A stretch of DNA of 24,908 nucleotides from a virus (IMGVR_UViG_2579778993_000003), one strand, 5' to 3'; shown: positions 1-6,833, counted from the first letter of the stretch. Notes: generated by a model not told the origin, from the sequence alone. Made by a program: numbers and translations.

Positions 1-721
1 CTGGCGTCAGTTGTTACGGGAAGGAATCAGGGTGGCCAGATGTACAGTGGCGCGCCTCATGGCGGTTATGGGACTTGCCGGTGTTCTCCGGGGTAAAAAG
101 GTCCGCACTACCGTCAGCCGGAAAACCGTTGCCACAGGTGACCGCGTAAACCGTCAGTTCGTGGCAGAACGACCTGACCAGCTGTGGGTGGCTGATTTTA
201 CTTACGTCAGCACATGGCAGGGCTTCGTCTATGTGGCGTTTATCATTGATGTGTTTGCCGGATACATCGTGGGGTGGCGGGTCTCATCGTCTATGGAAAC
301 GACATTCGTGCTGGATGCGCTGGAGCAGGCGTTGTGGGCCCGTCGTCCGTCTGGCACCATCCATCACAGCGATAAAGGCTCTCAGTATGTGTCACTGGCC
401 TATACGGAGCGACTAAAAGAAGCCGGATTACTGGCATCAACAGGGAGTACAGGCGACTCGTATGACAACGCGATGGCTGAGAGCATCAATGGTCTTTACA
501 AAGCGGAGGTAATACACCGTAAGAGCTGGAAAAACCGTGCAGAAGTGGAACTGGCCACACTAACGTGGGTGGACTGGTATAACAATCGACGATTGCTGGG
601 AAGGCTGGGCCATACTCCTCCGGCAGAAGCAGAAAAAGCTTATTATGCTTCCATCGGAAACGATGATCTGGCAGCCTGAGTTCACAGATAAAACACTCTC
701 CAGGAAACCCGGGGCGGTTCA
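1..721 (+). mobile_element. IS3-family insertion sequence, right-hand part (element continues upstream of the window); right terminus at 721
   Basis: Transposase OrfB occupies 2-679. Sequence 678-721 (gagttcacagataaaacactctccaggaaacccggggcggttca) is the reverse complement of a TGAACCGCCCCGGG... terminal inverted repeat that I recall for IS629/IS3411-type IS3-family elements. The left end is outside the window, so length and target-site duplication cannot be checked. Confidence 0.7.
2..679 (+). CDS. IS3-family transposase OrfB (DDE integrase catalytic domain), 5'-partial at window edge
   Basis: The track ORF 11..679 begins at a TTG, and the frame is open back to position 2, so the true N-terminus lies upstream. 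The translation carries IS3-family OrfB hallmarks (WVADFTYV, HSDKGSQY, GDSYDNAMAESINGLYKAE). Stop TGA at 677-679, immediately followed by the terminal repeat. Confidence 0.85.
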   Translation, partial: WRQLLREGIRVARCTVARLMAVMGLAGVLRGKKVRTTVSRKTVATGDRVNRQFVAERPDQLWVADFTYVSTWQGFVYVAFIIDVFAGYIVGWRVSSSMETTFVLDALEQALWARRPSGTIHHSDKGSQYVSLAYTERLKEAGLLASTGSTGDSYDNAMAESINGLYKAEVIHRKSWKNRAEVELATLTWVDWYNNRRLLGRLGHTPPAEAEKAYYASIGNDDLAA

Positions 722-744
722 CAGTTTGGTAATTGACTAATCAT
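722..744 (-). pseudogene. 5' stub of a prophage gene cut by the IS insertion (ATG at 742-744, only about 7 codons remain)
   Basis: On the minus strand, GGGAG then a 9-nt spacer then ATG ATT AGT CAA TTA CCA AAC runs directly into the IS terminus at 721. A good Shine-Dalgarno with the reading frame ending at the IS boundary suggests a disrupted gene downstream of the lysis cassette. Confidence 0.35.
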
Positions 745-819
745 GAGTCGCAACTCCCTAATCAGTTTGCTAAAATCAATCAAGGCAGCCTCCCATAGCT
801 TACTGCCATAAAAACAAAA

Positions 820-850
820 CCCCGCTTGCTGCCAACAAACGGGGTTTTTA
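820..850. terminator. Bidirectional intrinsic terminator downstream of the endolysin gene
   Basis: Hairpin ccccgcttgctgccaacaaacgggg (820-844) is flanked by an A-run (811-819) and a T-run (845-849), so it can terminate either strand. Confidence 0.6.
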
Positions 851-938
851 CTTTTATTCACTTACATTTTGCCAGTTCGCAGGATTTCGTGTTATCCGTC
901 CGCCTTGGCCAACGTCATTGATTAGCAAAATATTCTGC

Positions 939-1472
939 TTATCTGTCGATTCCCCAGCACGCCAGCGCGCTCTCCTGGTCACGACGGGATACCTGACCGT
1001 AACAGTTATTTGAGCGAATACGGCAGTCTCTGCCACCGTCCTTAATCCACCAGCGAATCGCCTCACACGCTCCCCTGCGATCACCTGCATTAATTCGTTT
1101 ATAAAACGTCGACGGAAAACACTTACCGGGGCCAATGTTGTACGGACAGAATGACGCGATCCCCGCTTTCTGGGGTTCACTCAATGGCACTCTGATGTTT
1201 TTCTCCACCCATGCCAGCGCCTTATCACGCTCAATGGCGTTAACCCGGTCGCATTTTTCCTTCGACAACTTCATGCCCGGAACGACAGGTTTGCCATCCA
1301 CCAGGATGGCACCGCGGCAGATGGTCCAGATACCCGCGCCATCACGGTATGCCGTGGTGTGGTTACCTTCCTTTTCATCCAGAAACTGGTCGAGAATGTC
1401 AGGCGCAGGCGCACCAGCGGCAATCAGCGCCAGAACGGCAGCCGACAGGCCGTATCTGATTTTTGCGTTCAT
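939..1472 (-). CDS. Phage endolysin, lysozyme-like with N-terminal SAR (signal-anchor-release) segment
   Basis: 177-aa ORF. The N-terminus MNAKIRYGLSAAVLALIAAGAPAPD is a weakly hydrophobic Ala/Gly-rich stretch typical of SAR endolysins such as phage 21 R. The body resembles a T4-lysozyme-like muramidase. It lies downstream of a pinholin gene on the same strand. Confidence 0.8.
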   Translation of the reverse strand: MNAKIRYGLSAAVLALIAAGAPAPDILDQFLDEKEGNHTTAYRDGAGIWTICRGAILVDGKPVVPGMKLSKEKCDRVNAIERDKALAWVEKNIRVPLSEPQKAGIASFCPYNIGPGKCFPSTFYKRINAGDRRGACEAIRWWIKDGGRDCRIRSNNCYGQVSRRDQESALACWGIDR

Positions 1473-1577
1473 GGATATTTATCAGGATTTATCGGTTTCT
1501 GAGCCCTGGATATGTTTATCAGTTCCAGCCTGTTGCCTCAGGCTGCTAACAGGTCAATACAATCATGAGGATTATTT

Positions 1578-1850
1578 ATGGACAATAACACCATTTCTCT
1601 ACAGGAGTTGCTCGACAGCATTTCCAGGCTTCGGGAAGACGTGAATACCCTTACCGTCGCCTTCTCATATCTGGCATTCTCAATTCCAAGGGAACAGATG
1701 CAATCAACGCTGGCATCAATCCAGTTTGAATCATGCAATCCCAAATGGTCTCAGGAACAACAAGACTCTTTCAGGCGGCTTGCTGTATTACTGGATGAAA
1801 AATATGCTGGTAAAATTACCATTTCGGCGGACTCTTCAGAGAACCCGTAA
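1578..1850 (+). CDS. Hypothetical 90-aa protein encoded opposite to the lysis genes (possible moron)
   Basis: ATG at 1578 preceded by GAGG with a 7-nt spacer. It sits in the unusually long 343-bp gap between the 114-aa gene and the endolysin start, and its 3' end overlaps the convergent 114-aa gene by about 35 bp. No recognisable motif. Confidence 0.35.
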   Translation: MDNNTISLQELLDSISRLREDVNTLTVAFSYLAFSIPREQMQSTLASIQFESCNPKWSQEQQDSFRRLAVLLDEKYAGKITISADSSENP

Positions 1851-2160
1851 TTATTCCCGGTAGTTTTCCTCTGTAGGTTATCAACACATCCTGCGCCTCT
1901 AAAATTACGGGGCGCTTTTCCGGCGACTGCTCATCCCCTTCACATAACCCGGCAGCAACATCCAGGAAGACCTGTCTGATGCTCCTTCTGGCTGCTGCCT
2001 CATAAAACTCCAGCGCGGCACCTTCAACACGGTCCAGCGAGATGTCCAGGTCAAAAATTTCACCGTCAAAGCGTTTTTTGTCCCGTAACGCTAAAGTTAC
2101 CGTAACTTTATTCTCAAAATTGCGGATCCCTTTCACAATCAGTTCATAGTTTTGAGTCAT
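1816..2160 (-). CDS. Hypothetical 114-aa protein between holin and endolysin
   Basis: ATG at 2158-2160 is preceded by GGGAGAG, 4 bp after the holin stop, so it appears translationally linked within the lysis cassette. No motif recognised. Confidence 0.5.
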   Translation of the reverse strand: MTQNYELIVKGIRNFENKVTVTLALRDKKRFDGEIFDLDISLDRVEGAALEFYEAAARRSIRQVFLDVAAGLCEGDEQSPEKRPVILEAQDVLITYRGKLPGIITGSLKSPPKW

Positions 2161-2164
2161 TGAA

Positions 2165-2380
2165 TTACTCTCCCCGTGCAGCCTTACGACGGTCCTCTCT
2201 GATTTTGAAATACAGGTTAGTCAGATATGTCAGCAGCCCAAACAGCAGACTCCCCAGCACGCCTATTGCCGCCCACTGAGACGGGGAAACCCTGTCCAGC
2301 AACTGCAGGAACCAGTAGCCCGTTCCCACCGCTGACGTGGTGTATGACACACCTGTTGTGATTTTTTCCATCTGGTACAT
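2165..2380 (-). CDS. Class II holin / pinholin (phage 21 S-like), 71 aa
   Basis: The track ORF is 97 aa, but the convincing start is the ATG at 2378-2380, preceded by GGGAGACGGGGT. The product [71 protein letters not shown] closely resembles the phage 21 S pinholin as I recall it (two TMDs, charged C-tail). A second in-frame ATG three codons later could give a dual-start holin/antiholin pair. Confidence 0.8.
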   Translation of the reverse strand: MYQMEKITTGVSYTTSAVGTGYWFLQLLDRVSPSQWAAIGVLGSLLFGLLTYLTNLYFKIREDRRKAARGE

Positions 2381-2530
2381 ACCCCGTCTCCCGTTATCCG
2401 GAAGCTGACAACAATAAAAAAAGCCACCAGTTAAGTACTGATGGCTCTGATAACTCATGCAGGCATCTCAGACGACCCACTGACACTACCGGTGAGTTTA
2501 ACGATACCTTCCATTTGACTGGCTCACTTT

Positions 2531-4387
2531 TTATGATGATGCTGGTGCATTTATCTCCAGCACCAGACTTTCTATCTCAACGCCATACGCTGCATTTTTG
2601 GTAATATCCGTCAGCGTCAGCGCATTCAGCCCCAGTGTCAGACTGTCTTTTATGACCTGGAATGCCGGGCCAGCCACTCCATTCAGTTTCGGAGTAACCG
2701 TGGCACTGCCGGCGGTGAACACCAGCTCCAGCGTCTGCCAGTCGTTACTGTAATTCCCGAACTCGCCCAACTTTGTGTTTCCTGCTTTCCTGTGATGCAT
2801 CAGATTCAGTTTGCCGTCTGTGGTCTGGGTGAAGAACGACATCAGGAACGGGTTACCAGTCCCGGTCATCGCCACGACGTCAGGTAACGCTACATCGGTA
2901 TACAGATAAATTCCCAGACCGAACTGGTTGTTGGTCAGTGCGCCTGACAGTCGAAACTTACAGCTCAGTCTGCCACCCCGTGTCAGCAGGGAGACTGCGT
3001 CATCCACCGGATGCATCAGGGACCAGGTTTTATTGCTCTGCTTGGTAACCTTAAACACACCATCTTCCAGCGCAACACTGCCGCCGGTGATGGTCCAGCC
3101 CTGCGCAGCAGCCTCTCCGGCTGTCGGCAGCAGGGAGACTGTACGAACGGATGTGTCACCATCAGACGGCCCCGATGGCGTGTCGCCGCCGGGCGAGGGT
3201 TTAATCTCCGGTGCGGTACCGCTGATGAAGGCGCTGGTTCGACCAACTGCGTTCAGAATAGCGGTTGCCAGGCGATCCGAAATAATGCCCCTGCGCGCCC
3301 ATGAACTGAAATGTGTCGGACGATTTGACGATACCCAATTACCATTACTACGGGATTGCGCGCCGTAATAACCTGCATCAGCAATATCCGGGTCTTCTGC
3401 CGGTAAGTTGGTGGGCGTGTTGTTGCCGTTACCGTCGGTCATGAACGGCACAAAGAAAACGTTGTCGCTCTCCCTGTTTTTGTACGCGCCGTAGACGGAG
3501 TCATACTGTGTGCCGTATGTGTTTTTCCAGTAATACGTCGTGTCGCCACAAATCCACGGTACAACTGCAGCACTGCCGCCATGGCACTGCGCCGCCAGCC
3601 CGGCAAGGTCAGCACGGAACTGCTGTACCATTGCAAGAAATGCTGCTGGCTGCTGGGCGTAACTGGCATTCGTCATATCGAATTCCCCCTGCATCCAGCA
3701 TATCGCCAGCAAAACGTTTTTCGGGTTTTTCTGCAATGCTGCCTTCGTGCGGAAAAGCAGATCCTGATATAATGGTTTACCCACACCCCAGCGTGCCGAA
3801 TCCTGGCTGGCCCCCGTGTCCGCACTGAATGTCCCCTCCGCGCCCTGGGTGAATGCCGAACCACCACGACAGCATGGTACCAGCAGGATCCCCGCATTAT
3901 TAGGGATATACGGAAGCAGTTTTTTGGCAATATGTAAGCCCTGTCCGACACAGCCGTACTGCCCTTTGCTCAGGTCAGCCCGGGGATGGTTAATCGTACT
4001 CATATCCTGAACATCATGCAGACAATGGTCAGCAGGAATGATGTCGTTAAATACGCATACTTCACCACCGGGAGTCACTGTGTTACGACGGGCCAGTTGC
4101 TTAATGCGCGGATGGGGCGCATCGTATGAATCCGGAAGCGGAAGCCCTTCACCGTAAGCCATGGCATTGGACTGCCCGGCCAGTACGATGACGTAGTACC
4201 ACTCCGGCTCAGTTGCACCACTGACGACCACATCACCTTCTGCTGCAATCGCCTGCATCAGGGTATAAGGGGTTATGGCCACCGGACTACCAAACGGCTG
4301 CCAGCCCTCTTTCAGTTTATGTGTCAGCTTTTCCGCAAGATCTGACGGCGACGCCGCCCTGACAACATCATAGTGTTTAAATGCCAT
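2531..4387 (-). CDS. Prophage sialate O-acetylesterase-like protein (NanS-p-like; SGNH/SASA hydrolase with extra N- and C-terminal domains), 618 aa
   Basis: Contains the esterase motif LAGQSNAMAYGEG (GQSN catalytic serine block) after an N-terminal ~60-aa domain (MAFKHYDVVRAASPSDLAEKL...), plus a long C-terminal beta-rich region. It sits between the tRNA/stx slot and the holin, the position of NanS-p genes in Stx-type prophages. Confidence 0.7.
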   Translation of the reverse strand: MAFKHYDVVRAASPSDLAEKLTHKLKEGWQPFGSPVAITPYTLMQAIAAEGDVVVSGATEPEWYYVIVLAGQSNAMAYGEGLPLPDSYDAPHPRIKQLARRNTVTPGGEVCVFNDIIPADHCLHDVQDMSTINHPRADLSKGQYGCVGQGLHIAKKLLPYIPNNAGILLVPCCRGGSAFTQGAEGTFSADTGASQDSARWGVGKPLYQDLLFRTKAALQKNPKNVLLAICWMQGEFDMTNASYAQQPAAFLAMVQQFRADLAGLAAQCHGGSAAVVPWICGDTTYYWKNTYGTQYDSVYGAYKNRESDNVFFVPFMTDGNGNNTPTNLPAEDPDIADAGYYGAQSRSNGNWVSSNRPTHFSSWARRGIISDRLATAILNAVGRTSAFISGTAPEIKPSPGGDTPSGPSDGDTSVRTVSLLPTAGEAAAQGWTITGGSVALEDGVFKVTKQSNKTWSLMHPVDDAVSLLTRGGRLSCKFRLSGALTNNQFGLGIYLYTDVALPDVVAMTGTGNPFLMSFFTQTTDGKLNLMHHRKAGNTKLGEFGNYSNDWQTLELVFTAGSATVTPKLNGVAGPAFQVIKDSLTLGLNALTLTDITKNAAYGVEIESLVLEINAPASS

Positions 4388-4580
4388 GAATCCTCCCGGC
4401 CGGGATAATATTGTGAGTAAAATGAGGAGCGGGCTGAAGTCCGGAAGTTACAGGACAATGGCAGAAGAGAGACAACAGCCCGCAATACGAAAAAGGCCGC
4501 GCTATTGCGCAGAGTGATTACTGTCGGATATTATTCGCCAGCTGAAATATTACTTCACGTTTTATTGTTTATTCCTTGCC

Positions 4581-4609
4581 GCCCGCGTCTCCCAGCGCGG
4601 GCTTTTTTT
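4581..4609 (+). terminator. Plus-strand intrinsic terminator
   Basis: Stem gcccgcg (4581-4587) pairs with cgcgggc (4596-4602) around an 8-nt loop, followed by T7 (4603-4609). The T-tract is only on the plus strand, implying a plus-strand transcript ends here, antisense to the late operon. Confidence 0.55.
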
Positions 4610-4616
4610 GCCCACA

Positions 4617-4850
4617 AGAAAACCCCTCCGGAGAGGGGCTAAAGCCGCGTATCTGTATCATCATGCACATGGTGCCGGGTGCCTCCCGGTGAGTTCAGCC
4701 CGGTGCCACTAAACCCGCGTCATTCTCGTTTTGATAATCAGAGATTATACCGTCACCAGTCGCCCCTCCGCTCAGGGGGATTCACCATGCGAAATTTTTT
4801 TAACAAATGCCCAGTCTGACAGGCAACTGTCAACTTACTGAATTGTGAGC
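4617..4850. repeat. Direct repeat unit A (~230 bp), degenerate copy of unit B, rich in palindromic hairpins
   Basis: Shares ordered conserved blocks with 5105-5318: aaaa(c/g)ccctccggagaggggct, gcatggtgccgggtgcctcccggtga, cccctccgc.cagggggattcaccatgc, ttttaacaaa and cagtcaac...ctgaattgtgag. The first block is a perfect 6-bp hairpin (CCCCTC cgga GAGGGG, 4623-4638) preceded by an A-run, so it is a minus-strand terminator. Confidence 0.6.
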
Positions 4851-4875
4851 AACATAGCATTTAACGGGGAACCTG

Positions 4876-4903
4876 TTTTCTGCAGTAAAAAGGCCCACCG
4901 GAG
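4876..4903 (-). terminator. Minus-strand intrinsic terminator between the two repeat units
   Basis: Hairpin GGCCCA (4882-4887) / TGGGCC (4898-4903) around a 10-nt loop, with a plus-strand A-run at 4877-4881 giving a T-tract on the minus-strand transcript. Confidence 0.5.
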
Positions 4904-5104
4904 CGGATGGGCCTGGAAGGATAGCGGTCATGTGATGCCGGTTTCCCGGTAACTCAGCACCGGTATCTGAGTCAACGTTTTCTCTACTGGGTCATTTCCG
5001 ATACGCCCTGCCTGCTGACAGGCTTTCATCACATCTGAAAATATAGCACCCTGACTGATACTGTAGTACCTAAGGTTCCAGAAACTGTGATGTATCCGGC
5101 ACAG

Positions 5105-5318
5105 AAAAGCCCCTCCGGAGAGGGGCTGGAGAGTGGCGCTATGTGCCATTGCATGGTGCCGGGTGCCTCCCGGTGAATTCAGTACCAGCACCTGAATCCG
5201 CGATTATCCCATATACCTACTCGCTGATTGCCCCTCCGCACAGGGGGATTCACCATGCCAGTTTCTTTTAACAAACTCCCCGCAAACCAGACAACAGTCA
5301 ACCGCCTGAATTGTGAGA
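5105..5318. repeat. Direct repeat unit B (~215 bp), degenerate copy of unit A
   Basis: Same conserved blocks as unit A, including the CCCCTC cgga GAGGGG hairpin (5110-5125) and the 8-bp inverted pair gcatggtg / caccatgc bracketing a variable ~110-nt core. Confidence 0.6.
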
Positions 5319-5323
5319 CATTT

Positions 5324-5347
5324 AAAAAAAAGCCCGCAAAAGCGAGC
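5324..5347 (-). terminator. Minus-strand terminator-like hairpin directly after the tRNA cluster
   Basis: Plus-strand A8 (5324-5331) then gcccgc aaaa gcgagc (5332-5347); on the minus strand this is an imperfect 6-bp hairpin followed by T8. Confidence 0.45.
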
Positions 5348-5362
5348 CAGTGAAAATAAGTG

Positions 5363-5439
5363 TGGCGCGTTGTACTGGATTCGAACCAGTGACCGATTGC
5401 TTAGAAGGCAATTGCTCTGTCCGGCTGAGCTAACAACGC
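5363..5439 (-). tRNA. tRNA-Arg (anticodon UCU)
   Basis: Manual cloverleaf on the minus strand: acceptor GCGTTGT/ACAACGC, D-stem GCTC/GAGC, anticodon stem ATTGC/GCAAT with loop CTTCTAA, T-arm ACTGG-TTCGAAT-CCAGT, discriminator G and encoded CCA. All stems perfect; 77 nt. Confidence 0.9.
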
Positions 5440-5452
5440 AGGATACAGATAA

Positions 5453-5529
5453 TGGACCGCCTTCGGGGACCCGAACTCCGCGCAACCAGCTTCGAAGGCT
5501 GGCGCTCTTTCCTGATGAGCTAATGGCGG
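5453..5529 (-). tRNA. Putative tRNA-Arg (anticodon UCG), slightly degenerate
   Basis: Cloverleaf fits with D-stem GCTC/GAGC, anticodon stem CCAGC/GCTGG with loop CTTCGAA, and encoded CCA. There is one mismatch in the acceptor stem (A-A), one in the T-stem (A-C), and an atypical T-loop TTCGGGT, so it may be a diverged or pseudo tRNA. Confidence 0.55.
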
Positions 5530-5536
5530 TATGTGA

Positions 5537-5612
5537 TGGTGGCCCTTGCTGGATTTGAACCAGCGACCTGGCGATTATGAGTCGCTCGCTCTCACCACTG
5601 AGCTAAAGGGCC
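5537..5612 (-). tRNA. tRNA with CAU anticodon (Met by anticodon; resembles the Ile2/lysidine-type ileX/ileZ class)
   Basis: Minus-strand sequence GGCCCTTTAGCTCAGTGGTGAGAGCGAGCGACTCATAATCGCCAGGTCGCTGGTTCAAATCCAGCAAGGGCCACCA folds as a 76-nt cloverleaf with one A-C mismatch in the anticodon stem. It closely resembles E. coli ileX as I recall it. Confidence 0.85.
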
Positions 5613-5661
5613 GGGAGCAGAATAATAATGGTGCGTAATTAATTCTGCAATCTCATCCGTT

Positions 5662-6711
5662 TCAAACGATTAAATCCTGAACTTCCCTGACTGTCTGCTC
5701 AAAACGTCCGGTCTCCAGCTCAACACCAATCGCACGACGCCCCAGTGCCATCGCCGCTTTTACCGTTGAACCCGACCCCATGAAAAAATCCGCAACCAGA
5801 TCACCAGGACGGCTACTTGCGCTGATTATCTGCTGCAGCATTTCTGCCGGTTTTTCGCACGGATGTTTCCCGGGATAGAACTGCACCGGTTTATGCGTCC
5901 ACACATCGGTATACGGCACCTGCACCGTCACGCCAAAATACCGCCGCAGATGTTTATATTCACTCAGCAGCTCCGCATACTGCCGGTTCAGTGAGGTATA
6001 CGTATCCACCAGCTGGTGGTGGAGCTTTTCCAGTTCACCACGCCGATGCTTCTCTTCTGCCACCCGGGCAAACAGCGCCTGTAATTTCAGATAATCGCTT
6101 TCATTCGGTAGCTGCCACTGACTGGCACTGAACCAGTGCGACACCATGTTTTTCTTTCCTGTGGCATCTGCAATCTGTTTTGCCGTTATCCCCAAGGCCG
6201 CGCGCGCATCACGAAAGTAAGAAATCAGCGGGGCCATCACATGCTGTTTCAGTGCACTGCCCTTCGCCGCATACCCGGCATCTTTCGGACGATACGGCCC
6301 CTGATAATGTTCCGCGAACAGAATGCGCTCTGTGGCGGGGAAATACGCCCGCAGGCTTTCCTTGTTGCACCCGTTCCAGCGTCCGGACGGCTTCGCCCAG
6401 ATAATATGGTTCAGCACACTGAAGCGTTCACGCATCATGATTTCGATATCAGATGCCAGGCGATGACCACAGAACAGGTAAAGACTTCCGGCAGGTTTCA
6501 GCACCCGCCAGAACTGCGCCAGACACTGGTCCAGCCATTTCAGGTAATCATCGTCGCCCTTCCACTGGTTATCCCAGCCCTCAGGCTTCACTTTAAAGTA
6601 CGGCGGGTCCGTGACTATCAGGTCAACAGAATTTTCGGGTAACGACCGGATAAATTCCAGGCAGTCGGCGTTGATTAACTCACAACTGGATATTTTTACA
6701 GTATTAAGCAT
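5662..6711 (-). CDS. Orphan DNA methyltransferase (amino-MTase, N6-adenine or N4-cytosine; motif order DPPY then FxGxG)
   Basis: 349 aa with catalytic motif IVTDPPYF near the N-terminus and the AdoMet-binding motif FFMGSGST near the C-terminus. No restriction endonuclease gene is adjacent. ATG at 6709-6711. Confidence 0.85.
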   Translation of the reverse strand: MLNTVKISSCELINADCLEFIRSLPENSVDLIVTDPPYFKVKPEGWDNQWKGDDDYLKWLDQCLAQFWRVLKPAGSLYLFCGHRLASDIEIMMRERFSVLNHIIWAKPSGRWNGCNKESLRAYFPATERILFAEHYQGPYRPKDAGYAAKGSALKQHVMAPLISYFRDARAALGITAKQIADATGKKNMVSHWFSASQWQLPNESDYLKLQALFARVAEEKHRRGELEKLHHQLVDTYTSLNRQYAELLSEYKHLRRYFGVTVQVPYTDVWTHKPVQFYPGKHPCEKPAEMLQQIISASSRPGDLVADFFMGSGSTVKAAMALGRRAIGVELETGRFEQTVREVQDLIV

Positions 6712-6804
6712 GGATCATTAAGCCTGTCTCTGATAGGCTCATTCTGCTTTTGCGCAAAGCAGTGGGCCTGAGGTTTGCTTGTGAACCCAACGCATGAGCA
6801 GATG

Positions 6805-6833
6805 GCTGGTGGGTGCCCCTAACACCCACCAGC
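6805..6833 (-). other. Perfect 11-bp stem-loop without U-tract in the 5' region upstream of the methyltransferase gene
   Basis: gctggtgggtg (6805-6815), loop cccctaa, cacccaccagc (6823-6833). No T-run on either side, so it is not a canonical terminator; possibly an RNA processing or stability element or a protein-binding site. Confidence 0.4.

Noticed and set aside
854-1744. ORFs 854..1180 (-), 1135..1644 (+) and 1538..1744 (-) overlapping the endolysin gene and its upstream gap
   Set aside because: They overlap the motif-supported endolysin gene in other frames or strands, and have no SD or recognisable motifs.
2381-2458. N-terminal extension of the holin ORF to 97 aa
   Set aside because: The upstream part lacks an SD, whereas the ATG at 2378-2380 has a strong GGGAG SD and yields a 71-aa product matching the pinholin size class.
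2928-3828. Several plus-strand ORFs (2928..3368, 3011..3304, 3508..3828, 3581..3772) inside the esterase gene
   Set aside because: All are antisense or out-of-frame within a long, motif-supported minus-strand gene; Pro/Arg/Ala-rich translations are typical of GC-rich antisense frames.
4388-5360. Possible Shiga toxin (stxAB) locus between the tRNA cluster and the esterase gene
   Set aside because: No ORF of suitable size or signal-peptide-bearing A/B subunit pair is present; the interval contains only repeats, hairpins and terminators.
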